Below are positions 45,681 through 55,960 of a stretch of 64,000 bases of DNA, in pieces. Position 1 is the stretch's first letter, and the number at the start of each line of letters is the position of its first letter. The notes beneath the pieces were generated by a model that saw nothing but the letters and a program-made list of their open reading frames with translations, was not told where the DNA came from and made no database searches. Origin of the DNA: Gemmatimonadota bacterium (GTDB lineage Bacteria; Gemmatimonadota; Gemmatimonadetes; Longimicrobiales; Gaopeijiaceae); NCBI GenBank assembly GCA_034521595.1, contig JAXHMG010000003.1, forward strand, positions 3,008,001 through 3,072,000. Reading direction: 5' to 3'. A program made the translations under genes and the position numbers.

Positions 45681-46982
45681 ATGGCGCACATCCACGTACC
45701 CTCGGACATCCCGGTCCGCTACCTCCCCCGGTCGAAGTCGGCATCGCGCCTCGCGGGCACGCTCTTCGTCGTCGGGCTGCTGGCGTTCGTCATCCGGCTC
45801 GGCCAGAATCCGGACGAGGCCTGGATCAGCTACGTCTCGAACTGGCTGTTCTTCACCAGCATCGCGATGGGCGGGGTCCTCTTCGCCGTCGCCACCTGGA
45901 TCGTCAAGGCCAAGTGGAACTGGTCCATGCGCCGCGTGAGCCAGGCGTTCGCGGCGTTCCTTCCGGCGTCGTTCGTGCTCCTGTTGCCCATGCTCGGCCT
46001 CGGGGAGAGCTATTTCCCCTGGATCGAGGCGATGGTCGACGATCCGATCGTCCAGGAGAAGGCGGCCTACCTGAACATGCCGTTCCTCATCTCGCGGAAC
46101 GTGATCGGGCTCCTCCTCCTCTTCGGGCTCGGCATCTACTTCGTCTACCTCGCCGTTCGGCCCGACCTGGGGCTCGTCGAGGGCGCCGAGGAAGACGATC
46201 CCGTACGCGCTTCGTGGAGGGAGCGGCTCACCCTGGGGTGGACCGGGCAGGAGCAGGAGGAGGTCACGAGCTATCGCCGGATGACGACGATGGCGCCCGC
46301 CATCGTGCTCATCTACGCGGTGGTCATGAGCATCGTGAGCTTCGACTGGGCCATGTCGCTCGAGCCGCACTGGTTCAGCACGATGTTCGGCGCCTGGTTC
46401 TTCATGGGCGCGTTCTGGGGCGGCATCGCCGCGACCGCGCTCTGGAGCCTCTACCTGCGGACGCGGCACAAGGACTTCGCCAACCACATCGGGCTGCAGC
46501 AGCGGCACGACATCGGTAAGCTGACCTTCGCGTTCACGGTGTTCTGGACCTACCTGTTCTTCTCCCAGTACATCGTGATCTGGTACGGGAAGCTCCCGTG
46601 GGAGCAGGCCTGGATCATCAATCGCTCCGGCGAGGAATGGGGCGGTTTCTCCGTTCTCGTGATCGTGCTGTGCTTCCTGGTGCCGTTCGTCGGTCTGATC
46701 GGACGCAAGGCGAAGATGAAGCCGAAGCTGCTCGCCTTCTTCGCCTCGGTGATCATGGTCGGGCTGTGGCTCGAGCGGTACGGCCTCATCGCGCCGTCGC
46801 TCCATCACGAAGGGGACCCGATCTTCTCGATCTGGCATCCCCTCATCGGGTTGATGTTCCTCGGCCTCTACATCGGCTCCGTGCGCTGGTTCCTGAGCAC
46901 CTTCCCGGCCATGCAGATCTGGCAGCCGATGGTGGATCCGGAGTCGGTCGAAGCGGAGGTGCCGGCGCCGGCGGGACGCTGA
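45681..46982 (+). CDS. actF: Alternative complex III subunit F
   Basis: DWAMSLEPHWFSTMFG, HDIGKL.FAF..FWTY..FSQY..IWYG. Confidence 0.9.
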   Translation: MAHIHVPSDIPVRYLPRSKSASRLAGTLFVVGLLAFVIRLGQNPDEAWISYVSNWLFFTSIAMGGVLFAVATWIVKAKWNWSMRRVSQAFAAFLPASFVLLLPMLGLGESYFPWIEAMVDDPIVQEKAAYLNMPFLISRNVIGLLLLFGLGIYFVYLAVRPDLGLVEGAEEDDPVRASWRERLTLGWTGQEQEEVTSYRRMTTMAPAIVLIYAVVMSIVSFDWAMSLEPHWFSTMFGAWFFMGAFWGGIAATALWSLYLRTRHKDFANHIGLQQRHDIGKLTFAFTVFWTYLFFSQYIVIWYGKLPWEQAWIINRSGEEWGGFSVLVIVLCFLVPFVGLIGRKAKMKPKLLAFFASVIMVGLWLERYGLIAPSLHHEGDPIFSIWHPLIGLMFLGLYIGSVRWFLSTFPAMQIWQPMVDPESVEAEVPAPAGR

Positions 46983-46993
46983 GCGCGGGGCCT

Positions 46994-47824
46994 TCAGCCC
47001 GTATACAGGTCCGCGGCCGCGCGCGCCGACGTCACGATCCCGCGGATCATGGCCGACGAGAGGCCGTGGTGCTCCATCTCGTTGAGACCGGTGATGGTGC
47101 AGCCGCGCGGCGTCGTGACCCGGTCGATCTCACCCTCCGGATGCGCGCCGTCGCGGAGCGCCAGGGACGCCGCGCCCTTCGCGGTCTGGGCCGCCAGCAG
47201 CGCCGCGTCCTCCGGATGGAAGCCGATCTCGATGCCGCCCTGGGCGGCCGCGCGCACGGTTCGCAGGAAGAACGCGATGCCGCACGCGCACAGCGCCGTC
47301 GCCGGGACGATCATCTCTTCCGGGATGACCAGCGTTCGCCCGACCACGCCGAAGAGCTCTTCGGCCTCCTGAAGCAGCTCGTCCCGCCCTCCTTCCTCGA
47401 CGGCGAGGCAGGTCATGGACTCGCCGATGAGGACGGCCGTGTTCGGCATCGCGCGCACGACCGGCACGGGCTTGCCGCATGCGTCCTGGATGGCCTGGAT
47501 GGACGCTCCCGAGACGACCGAGACGACCCGATGTCGCTCGGGGTCGAGCTCCGGCCCGATCTCCTCGAGCAGTCCGGCGAGCTGCTGCGGCTGCACGGCG
47601 ATCACGATCAGCCTCGCCCCACGCACCGCGGCCTTGTTGTCGTCGGTGACCACGTAGCCCTGCGCTTCGAGGGGCGCGAGCTTCTCGGTCTGCCGCCGGG
47701 TGAGCGCGATGCGCTCGGGCGTGAACATGCCGGCGCCCGCCCATCCGCGCGCGAGCACCGCGCCGAGGTTGCCTCCGCCAAGGATCGCTACGTCATAGGG
47801 TCGCTTCATCTCGGTTTCGCTCAC
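46994..47824 (-). CDS. proC: Pyrroline-5-carboxylate reductase
   Basis: LGGGNLG, VVRAMPNT, VTTPRGCTI.GL. Confidence 0.92.
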   Translation of the reverse strand: MSETEMKRPYDVAILGGGNLGAVLARGWAGAGMFTPERIALTRRQTEKLAPLEAQGYVVTDDNKAAVRGARLIVIAVQPQQLAGLLEEIGPELDPERHRVVSVVSGASIQAIQDACGKPVPVVRAMPNTAVLIGESMTCLAVEEGGRDELLQEAEELFGVVGRTLVIPEEMIVPATALCACGIAFFLRTVRAAAQGGIEIGFHPEDAALLAAQTAKGAASLALRDGAHPEGEIDRVTTPRGCTITGLNEMEHHGLSSAMIRGIVTSARAAADLYTG

Positions 47825-47969
47825 CTTCGTACCTTCCGAATTGGGCGCGGTCCCGAGGACCGCGGCGTGCGATGGATTCCCGGTCGATGCCCGCCCGCAT
47901 GCCCTCTCGCGCGGGTGGCGGGGGAAGGGCTAACGTAATGCCTCTGGGAACGTTTCCGGAGTAACTACG

Positions 47970-48470
47970 ATGGACACCATGGAGCCCAAGCGCCGCCCAC
48001 TCTCGTGGTCCCTCGTTCTGCTGGCCCCGGTTCTGGCGGCGGCTGGGTGTTTCTACGACGGACCGACCGACGTCGAGGAAGTGGAGTTCGAGGTGATCGA
48101 GGAGGTGACCTTCGATTCCAGTCTCGGCATCGATCTCGCCCGGATGATTCGACTCCCGACGGGTATCTACATCGAGGACCTCTCGGTCGGCGAGGGCCCG
48201 GGGGTCGAATTCGGTGACTTGGTGGAGATCGTCTACACGGGATACCTGCGGGACGGCGTGGAGTACCTTCCGGAAGACACGATCGACTTCCAGATCGGGG
48301 GCGAGGTCGTGCCCGAAGGGGTTCACCTCGCCATGATCGGCCAGCAGGCCGGCGGGGAGCGCCTGATGGTCATCCCCCCGGAGCACGGCTACGGTGCCCG
48401 CGGCTACCAGAACGTGCCGGCGGGCTCGATCCTGATCTTCGAAGTGGAGCTGGTGGGGATCAACCAGTAG
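47970..48470 (+). CDS. FKBP-type peptidyl-prolyl isomerase lipoprotein
   Basis: Lipobox AAAGC; DLSVGEG, YTGYL.DG, IPPEHGYG...VPAGSILIFEVEL. Confidence 0.9.
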   Translation: MDTMEPKRRPLSWSLVLLAPVLAAAGCFYDGPTDVEEVEFEVIEEVTFDSSLGIDLARMIRLPTGIYIEDLSVGEGPGVEFGDLVEIVYTGYLRDGVEYLPEDTIDFQIGGEVVPEGVHLAMIGQQAGGERLMVIPPEHGYGARGYQNVPAGSILIFEVELVGINQ

Positions 48471-48621
48471 GTCCCACGCTGCACGCTCGCCCTGTGGCGT
48501 TCGGCCGGTTCTCCACTAACTTTGTACAATGCTTGCGCGTCTTGTGCGCAACGCACGCCGCCATGGCCGGACCGCGAAGGATCGGTCCGGCCCCGTCCCT
48601 GGGTGGAGGATCCCCGATCCG

Positions 48622-49287
48622 ATGAACACGTTGTCGTTAGGTCGCCGTAGCCTCGTCGTCGCAGCTCTCGTGGGCGCGCTCGCCCTGCAAGGCTGTTCCT
48701 CGAACCTCCGCACCGGGGCGTTGGGTGGCGCGGCCGCGGGCGCCGTGGTGGGCGGCATCGCGAGCGGAACGGCTCGCGGGGCCATCATCGGCGCCGCCGT
48801 GGGTGGCGCGGCCGGTACCGCCATCGGCGCCGTCATGGACCGCCAGGCCGAAGACCTCCAGGACAAGCTCCCGAACGCGCAGGTGGAGCGGGTCGGCGAG
48901 GGCATCGCCGTGACCTTCGATTCGGGGATCCTCTTCGACATCGACTCGTCCGATCTGCGCACGGAAGCGCAGCAGAACCTGAGGGATCTCGTGGCGTCGC
49001 TCGAGGAGTACGACGGGACGGAAGTCCTCGTCGTCGGGCACACCGACTCCACGGGTGCGGCCTCGTATAACCAGGGGCTCTCGGAGCGGCGTGCCTCGTC
49101 CGCGCGGACGTTCCTCGTCGGAGCCGGCCTGGACGCCGGCCGGGTGCGTGCGGTCGGCATGGGCGAGAACGAGCCCATCGCGTCGAACGAGACCACCGCG
49201 GGCCGCCAGGAGAACCGGCGGGTCGAAGTCGCGATCTTCGCCAGCGAGGAGATGCAGCAGGAGATGCTCCGCCGCCACGGCGGTTGA
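48622..49287 (+). CDS. OmpA family lipoprotein with glycine zipper (YiaD-like)
   Basis: LQGC lipobox; Gly-zipper; GHTDS, NQGLSERRA, NRRVEV. Confidence 0.92.
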   Translation: MNTLSLGRRSLVVAALVGALALQGCSSNLRTGALGGAAAGAVVGGIASGTARGAIIGAAVGGAAGTAIGAVMDRQAEDLQDKLPNAQVERVGEGIAVTFDSGILFDIDSSDLRTEAQQNLRDLVASLEEYDGTEVLVVGHTDSTGAASYNQGLSERRASSARTFLVGAGLDAGRVRAVGMGENEPIASNETTAGRQENRRVEVAIFASEEMQQEMLRRHGG

Positions 49288-49979
49288 TGCAGGGGGCCTC
49301 CAGCGACGCGCGGATCGAGGCGGCGCTGGAGGCGCGCCTGCCGTCGGGGGCTTCGGCCGCGGTCTGGCCGCGCTCCCATGTAGAAGTGCCGGAGCTCGGG
49401 CCGCGAGAAGCCGGGGCGGTGCGCCGGGCGGTGCCTCGGCGCCGAGCCGAGTTCGCCCGCGGCCGCCACTGCGCCCGTGAAGCGCTTCACCGGGCCGGAT
49501 GGAGCGGCGGGTTCGTGGAGATCCCCGTGGGCGATGCGCGCCAACCGTTGTGGCCGGACGGCTTCACGGGCTCCATCACGCACTGTGACGGGCTGGTCGC
49601 AGCCGTGGCGGCGCCCGTCCAGCCACACGTCGTCTCTCTCGGCTTGGATGCCGAGGTAGCGCGTCCGCTGCCCGAGGAGGTGCGCGCCCAGGTCCTGACC
49701 CCCGAGGAGCGGACGCTCGGCGGCGCGGTGACGCCGACGCTGGTGTTCAGCGCCAAGGAGGCCATTCACAAGGCGCTCTTTCCGGTGACCGGAATCTGGC
49801 TGGATTTCCTGGACGTGACCCTGAGCTTGGATCAGGAGCAGTCCGCGTTTTCCGCGGCCCGAGCGCCCGACGCGTCCATGAGCACACCGCTGACGGAGCG
49901 GCTCCGTGGCCGGTACCGGATCGGAGACGGGCTCGTGTTGGCCCTGGCGTGGCTCCCGGATGCCGGGACCGGGACGTAG
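49287..49979 (+). CDS. 4'-phosphopantetheinyl transferase (EntD/PptT type)
   Basis: RRAEFARGRHCAR, P.WP.GF.GSITHC, LGLDAE, FSAKEAIHKA. Confidence 0.9.
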   Translation: MQGASSDARIEAALEARLPSGASAAVWPRSHVEVPELGPREAGAVRRAVPRRRAEFARGRHCAREALHRAGWSGGFVEIPVGDARQPLWPDGFTGSITHCDGLVAAVAAPVQPHVVSLGLDAEVARPLPEEVRAQVLTPEERTLGGAVTPTLVFSAKEAIHKALFPVTGIWLDFLDVTLSLDQEQSAFSAARAPDASMSTPLTERLRGRYRIGDGLVLALAWLPDAGTGT

Positions 49980-50198
49980 CCGGCATGTTGCGAATTGCCA
50001 TGAAACTCGCAATTCCGACCCCAAGGAGACCCCGGCGAAGGTCCTTGCCGCCGCCGGTCCATGCCCGTTAAGTGACCGTGTCACAGCGGCTTGAGCGAAT
50101 GTCGCAGGGTCGGGGCTCGGCGCTTGCACGTTTCGGCTGTCCAAAGCCCCCCACTTCGACGAAGGACCCGCCGACTCCAACGCGTGCTCTCTCCATTG

Positions 50199-50666
50199 AT
50201 GACCTCTCACCGATACCTCGCCCGCCGGCCGCGACTCGGCTTCACCATGGTGGAGCTGCTGTTCGTGCTGGTCATCGTATCCGTGGTCGCCGCGATCGGG
50301 CTCCCGCGCTTTTCGGATTGGCTGGCCTACCATCGCGTCGAAAATGCTGCGCGTGTCGTCGCGGGAGACTTCGAGAACGCGCTGGCGCTCGCCGGTCGCC
50401 AGAGCACTCCCGTCCGCGTCGCGTACGACGCCACCGACATGGAGCTCCGGGTGACGGACCGCGCCACGGGAACAGTCCTGCACCGGCGTCGGCTCGGTGG
50501 GGGCTCGGAGTTCCCGGTCGGCTCGGCGACTTTCACCGGTGCCCCGGTGGACGTCTATCCGAGCCGCGAAGTGTCGGCTCCGATCTCGGTGACGCTCGTC
50601 GCCGGCGAGCACTCCCGCCGCGTCCACATGTCGAGTGCGGGTTTCATCCGGATCGTGAGCTCATGA
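50199..50666 (+). CDS. FimT/GspH-like minor pilin
   Basis: Class III signal RLG|FTMVELL. Confidence 0.85.
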   Translation: MTSHRYLARRPRLGFTMVELLFVLVIVSVVAAIGLPRFSDWLAYHRVENAARVVAGDFENALALAGRQSTPVRVAYDATDMELRVTDRATGTVLHRRRLGGGSEFPVGSATFTGAPVDVYPSREVSAPISVTLVAGEHSRRVHMSSAGFIRIVSS

Positions 50667-51082
50667 GCGCCGCGACTCCCCGCGGGCAGGCCGGCTTCTC
50701 GCTCGTGGAGGCCTTGGTGGCCATCGTGCTGGTCAGTGTCGTGGTGCTCGGCCTGGCCCCCGTGATGTTCGATGCGGCGTCGAGGCAGGCGGTGGATTCG
50801 GGCGGCGCGGAGCGTGACGCGATTCTCTTGGGCGAAGCGAATCGCCTTTCGACGCTCCCCGTCCAGGCCCTCGCCGGCGAGGCAGGTTGCCGGACGCTCC
50901 CTCCCCAGGCTCACAACTATGAGCACGACCTGTGCGTCACTGTCCAGCCGATGGGGGGCGCCCAAGTTCGAGTCGGCGTGTCCGTAACGCCCGACGCCGA
51001 CCTCGTGCAGGCGGACTCGGTGGTTCTTTACCGCAGGGCCGGAGGCCAGGGGAATCCGTTCAACACCGGGGGGTCACCATGA
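50663..51082 (+). CDS. PilV-like minor pilin
   Basis: AG|FSLVEALVA; ATGA overlap. Confidence 0.82.
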   Translation: MSAATPRGQAGFSLVEALVAIVLVSVVVLGLAPVMFDAASRQAVDSGGAERDAILLGEANRLSTLPVQALAGEAGCRTLPPQAHNYEHDLCVTVQPMGGAQVRVGVSVTPDADLVQADSVVLYRRAGGQGNPFNTGGSP

Positions 51083-51942
51083 GGTCGGAACCGCGGCCCG
51101 AGCGAGGTAAGACTGCACGGGCGAGACACGGAATGACGCTCGTCGAGATGCTGGTCGGCCTCGTCGTCAGTGGGATCATGCTGGGAGCGCTCGTGGGACT
51201 GTTCATCAATCAGTCCCAACTGACCGGCGACCGAGCTTCCCGCCGGGTGGCTCGCGACGTCGTCCGGAGTGGGTCCCAGATTCTGTCGGCGGACATACGG
51301 CGCCTCGAGAGCTCGGGCGGGGTCGAGGCCGCGTCGGCCGATTCCGTGACGCTGCGCGTTCCGCTCGCCATCGGCCTCGTGTGCGGAAGCTCGGGCGGCG
51401 GCAGTCCGTCGACGACCGTCAGCCTCCTGCCCACGGATTCGGTGCGGTATGCCACGGCGGCGGTCTCGGGGTTCGCCTGGCGTAGCCAGGCCGGTGCCTA
51501 TACCTACATGCCGACGACGGGGCTCGGCTCCGGCACCGCGAGCACGTGCTCCTCGGCGTCCGTCAGCACCCTGTCGGGAGGCCGGGTGGTGGAGCTCACG
51601 GCGGGGAGCGGAGCGATTCCGGCCGGGGCTCCAGCGTTGCTGTACGAGCGCATCCGTTACGCGTTCACTGATACGGGGTCGGGCGTGGCCCTCGTCCGGA
51701 CCCTCGTCGAATCGGGAGACCGGGAGGTCCTCGTGACGAACTTCAGCGACGGCGGGACCCGCTTCCGCTTCTTCGTGGGGTCGAGCGGGACCGCACAGGA
51801 TGCGCCGCCGGCCGACCTGAGCGACCTGACCGGCCTCGAGCTCGTGCTCGAGGGACAGGGTGACCGACCGAGGGTGTCGGACGGAGCTGTGGCGACCGTG
51901 CCGTTGACGGTGCCCGTTTACTTCAAGAACCAGATGAACTGA
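51079..51942 (+). CDS. PilW-like minor pilin
   Basis: HG|MTLVEMLVG; ATGA overlap. Confidence 0.82.
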   Translation: MRSEPRPERGKTARARHGMTLVEMLVGLVVSGIMLGALVGLFINQSQLTGDRASRRVARDVVRSGSQILSADIRRLESSGGVEAASADSVTLRVPLAIGLVCGSSGGGSPSTTVSLLPTDSVRYATAAVSGFAWRSQAGAYTYMPTTGLGSGTASTCSSASVSTLSGGRVVELTAGSGAIPAGAPALLYERIRYAFTDTGSGVALVRTLVESGDREVLVTNFSDGGTRFRFFVGSSGTAQDAPPADLSDLTGLELVLEGQGDRPRVSDGAVATVPLTVPVYFKNQMN

Positions 51943-51943
51943 C

Positions 51944-53023
51944 ATGCCTCACGACGGAGCCGGAACGATGAAACACACGCAGAGCCGGGCCGGGTTCGCC
52001 TTGCCCATGGCGATTTTCCTGCTCCTGGTCACGACGGGAGCCGTCATGACGACTCTGGCGCAGACGTCGACCGAGCGTCGCGTCTCGGACAGCGGCGCGA
52101 CGGGTGAGCGGGCGCTGGTCCTCGCGGAGTCCGGCCTGGCACGGCTCGACGAGCTCGGATTCGACTTCGCCTCTTCGGTTCAGGACTCCGCCCGCATCAC
52201 CATGTCGGACGGGTTCGCCGACGTCGTCATGGAGCGCGTGCGGGCACCGACGAGCACCGAGCGCGCCGTGTTCGTCGTGCGCGCCCGCGGCGTGCAGACT
52301 CAGGGCGGCTGGTCCGACGCCCCGAATGCGGTGCGCACCGTCGTTCGACTCGGCGAGTGGGTCGAGGGAACCATGCAGGTGCACGCCGGATGGACGAGCC
52401 TCACCGGTCTCCGGAAGAACGGGAACGCGGGCTCGCTGAGCGGAATCGATCAGTGCGGCGTCCAATCGCCGGTGGCGGGCGTGGCCGTGCCGGATTCGCC
52501 CGGCTACAGCGGACACAGCGGGCCGGTGAGTGGCAGCCCGCCGATCAAGAGTATCGGCTCGACGCCCGGGAACGCGGCGGCCCAAGTCCACATCGACTGG
52601 GCCGGGATCGTCGACGGCAGCGCGCTCGAGCCGGACTACGTCTATCCCGACGACGGATGGCCGAGTGACTTCGACGACTGGCCGGTCATCTACGTGGACA
52701 ATCCGGGCAGCGGCTTCTCCCTTCCCGACAGCGGGCGCGGAACCCTCATCGTGCGCGGCGACCTCACCATCTCGGGCAGTCGGAGCTGGGACGGCATCGT
52801 ACTGGTGGGCGGAGAGCTGACCTCGAACGGCAACAACAGGGTGCGTGGCGCGACGATCACGGGTCTGAACGTGAAGCTGGGCGAGACACCGGGCGAGAGC
52901 GACGTCGGAAACGGGAACAAGTCCTACGTCTACAACTCCTGCAACGTTCAGGACGCCATGCAGAGCCAGGCATCGCTCAGGATCCTGGACAACACCTGGC
53001 TCGATACATGGGCGCAGTACTGA
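51944..53023 (+). CDS. PilX-like minor pilin
   Basis: AG|FALPMA without Glu5; ALVLAESGL; start at 51944 or 51968. Confidence 0.8.
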   Translation: MPHDGAGTMKHTQSRAGFALPMAIFLLLVTTGAVMTTLAQTSTERRVSDSGATGERALVLAESGLARLDELGFDFASSVQDSARITMSDGFADVVMERVRAPTSTERAVFVVRARGVQTQGGWSDAPNAVRTVVRLGEWVEGTMQVHAGWTSLTGLRKNGNAGSLSGIDQCGVQSPVAGVAVPDSPGYSGHSGPVSGSPPIKSIGSTPGNAAAQVHIDWAGIVDGSALEPDYVYPDDGWPSDFDDWPVIYVDNPGSGFSLPDSGRGTLIVRGDLTISGSRSWDGIVLVGGELTSNGNNRVRGATITGLNVKLGETPGESDVGNGNKSYVYNSCNVQDAMQSQASLRILDNTWLDTWAQY

Positions 53024-53059
53024 TCGCCGAGGGCGACAGCCCGGATTCGGGGAGGTAGC

Positions 53060-53422
53060 GTGAAGGTATTGATCGCGGACGACGACCCGACCACTCTCCA
53101 GTATCTGGCCACCGGGCTACGGGGCAAGGGCTTTGAGGTCGATACCGCGGCCGACGCGATGCAGGCCGTCATGAAGGCCGTTCGCTCAGGGCCGGACGTG
53201 GTCCTCCTCGACATCAAGATGCCGGGTGGGACCGGCGTCACGGCGCTCCAACGGATCAAGAAGTCCGCCAAGACCGCGAGTGTCCCGGTGATCGCGATCA
53301 CCGGCAGCCCGACCGACCAGATCCGTCGAGAGGTCCTCGACCTCGGTGCCGTCGATTGTCTGGAGAAGCCCATCGATGTGGACGAGATCGCCGCGATGAT
53401 GGAGCAGATCGCCGACGGGTGA
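53060..53422 (+). CDS. Single-domain (CheY-like) response regulator
   Basis: VLIADDD, DVVLLDIKMPG, AITG, EKP. Confidence 0.9.
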   Translation: MKVLIADDDPTTLQYLATGLRGKGFEVDTAADAMQAVMKAVRSGPDVVLLDIKMPGGTGVTALQRIKKSAKTASVPVIAITGSPTDQIRREVLDLGAVDCLEKPIDVDEIAAMMEQIADG

Positions 53423-55385
53423 GCCGTCGATACGCTCCGAGTGATCCACGCCCGGGACCAGCTCGTCGATCCGGGCTTCCAGCCGCTCACGCATGGCTTC
53501 CACCTCTGCCCGTTGGGCCGCCACGCGGTCGAGGATTTGCGTCTCGGCGGTTTCCACCCGGCTTCGTGCGTCCTGCACGAGGGGCTGGATCCGGCTGTCG
53601 ACCTCTTCGCGGAGCCGGGCTTCGGCCGCTTCGATCTCCCGGCCGAGCTCGCGGCGGAGGCTCTCGGCCACGGCCGAGCCGATGTTGGACTGCACCGAGA
53701 GCGAGGGGTCGGAGAGGCTGCCCGAGAGGCCCATGGTGAGGCTCACCTGGTCGAGACCGCTCACCGCGCGCCAGAGAAAGTCACGGGCCCATTCGGCCGA
53801 TCCCGTCCGGAGGTCGTCGGCGGAGGTGCCGGAGAGCGACTGGGCCAGGGTGCGTGGCGCGTCGTCGTCCGTGTCGGAGGCGGCGGCTCCGGCCCGGAGC
53901 CAGGAGATGTCGTCGGAGCTCCAGTGCATGCGCGCGTCGATCTCGTCTCCGACGCGGCGGAGGTCGAACGCCGCGTTTCCGAGCCCGAGGTCGACGCGGG
54001 CGTCGAAGGCGTCGAGGTCGAGCGCGGGGAGTCCGATGCCGTCCAGGGTGAGCGAGACCGAGTCGCGGATCGTCTCCGTGGTGTGGTCGAGCACGGCCGC
54101 CAGGCTGAGCCCTTCGGGTCCCTGGGCGCTCTCGGCCCGCCCGGCCAATAGCTCGATCGGACGACCCACCAGGCTGGGCTGGGAGGTGAGGTTGCGCAGG
54201 TTTGCGGTGTACTGCCCGGCCGCCGGGCCGTCCCCGGCGATCTCCAGGCCCAGCTCGCCACGCTCCAGCAGGAACGAGGGGTACGTGGCGCGGCCCGGGA
54301 ACTCCACGGTCGTGCCCTCGGCGCGGGCGCGCTTGGGGCCGGGACGGTTGCGCGGGTCGAGTCCCGGCGGAAGGAAGCCTTCGGCCTTCTGTGCCCAGTA
54401 GAGCACGGGCTTGAGCCAGGTCAGCGCCGTGCCGCCGAAGAGGGCGGGCGAGATGTCGGGCGCGTCCAGCGACGGCAGGTCGAGCAAGCCCCGGGCGTAG
54501 GCGAGATCCCGAGCCCTGAGCTCCTGGAACTCCCCGGCCGCGGAGCGGAGTGACCCGACGCCGGCACGGACGTCGTCGTCGAGCGCGGCGATCTCCTCTT
54601 CGAGATCGGTCAGTCGATCCAGGGCATTGCGGCCGTCGCGGACCAGCCCCGGGACCCGAGTGGCGTTGAGGGGCGTGAGGCTGAAGTCCTCGAGCCGCTG
54701 GACCACCGCCCGCAGCGAGTCGATACGCGGCCGGGGGTCGAGGCTTTCGAGCCGGTCCTGCCAGCCGCTACGGAGCGAGTCCGCCCGGTCCACCAGTGCG
54801 CGCGCGTGCTGGACCGTGCGAAGGCTGTCGGTGGAGATCGCGTCCGTGCGCACCACGGTCGAGAGCCCGTCGAGGCTGAGCGGCGGCAGGTCGATCTGGT
54901 TCGCCCAGGCATCGACCTCCCGGAAGAGCGCGCCCGACTCGGGGTCGGGGTTCTCGAGGGCCCCGGAGGTCTCGCGCGGCGTGTTGAAGCGCACGCCGGT
55001 CACCACGAGGTCCTGCACGACCACCTTTTTCGACAGGAGCGGCTCGAGCAGCAGGTCGACCAGGATCTCGTCGGCCTCGAAGAGGTTCGTCATCGGGGCG
55101 TTCGGGTTCGTGACCTGGAGGCCGTTCAGCCGCACGCTGCCGTCCGTGGGGCGCACGTCCGCCGCGTCGAGGTCGACCGCCGCACCCGACGATGGACGCG
55201 CCCGTGGCTTCCACGCCTCGCTCGACGAGGCTGTCCGCCCAGAGCCAATAGCCCACCCCCAGCAGAAGGAGGACCACCAGGAACACCACGAGGCCCGGTG
55301 GCCGCAGGATATGGGACTTCCGGCGCTTGCGGGCCGGGGCCGCGGATGCGGATTCCGGAGTGGTCGTGTTCGGTCGGTCGCTCAT
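53186..55385 (-). pseudogene. TIGR03545-like protein with a one-base frameshift near 55186; 3' end uncertain
   Basis: ATG 55385 coupled to the TIGR03546 stop; VEATGASIVG|AAVDLD..., NLFEA, F.TPRETSGAL; one extra G restores the frame. Confidence 0.7.
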
Positions 55386-55909
55386 CAGCCCCCCGGCCGG
55401 AAGAGGCGGTAGGCGTTGTACAGCTTCGAGGCACGGAGCGCCCGGAAGAACCTCGCGTCCTTGTAGCGCTCGTAGATGGTGGCCCGGTAACGCGCCACGC
55501 CGAAGCGGGCCAGGAAGTAGATCGGCACCGAGAGCACGATCCATCCGACGAAGCTACCGACCACGATGGTGTTCGTCGGGTTGGCGAGCGCCAGGACGGG
55601 CGTGTTGTAGGCGGCGGCCCAGACGTCACGAAGTCCGCCCGCGTCGAGAAGAAGGGCTCGTCCGACCCGGTCGAACACCGGGTCGAGCAGAAAGCCGACG
55701 GGCGTGAAGATCATCCAGCCGAGGAGCGCGCCGGGCACCGAGACGCGAAAGAAGAGGATGGCGGCGACGACGAGCACGTTGTGCAGGTTGAGGAGCGGGG
55801 TGAGGCCGAGGCAGGCCCCGACCGCCATGCCCGCGGCCACCTGCCCCGGAGTCCCTTCCGAGTTGAGCGCCTTCACGAGGCTCTGGACGAGCTTGATGAT
55901 CCAATACAT
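55385..55909 (-). CDS. TIGR03546 family membrane protein
   Basis: KALNSEGTPGQVAAG, GLTPLLNLHN, LDPVFDRVG, YNTP...NTIVVGS. Confidence 0.82.
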   Translation of the reverse strand: MYWIIKLVQSLVKALNSEGTPGQVAAGMAVGACLGLTPLLNLHNVLVVAAILFFRVSVPGALLGWMIFTPVGFLLDPVFDRVGRALLLDAGGLRDVWAAAYNTPVLALANPTNTIVVGSFVGWIVLSVPIYFLARFGVARYRATIYERYKDARFFRALRASKLYNAYRLFRPGG

Positions 55910-55960
55910 GCGTGAAAGCTACCGCCCGTCGCCTGCCGGTGCACGGGGTGGCGACGTTCG

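Noticed and set aside
49980-50130. c-di-GMP riboswitch upstream of the pilin genes
   Set aside because: The conserved class I GGCAAA..GAAA..GACGCAAAG elements are not present.
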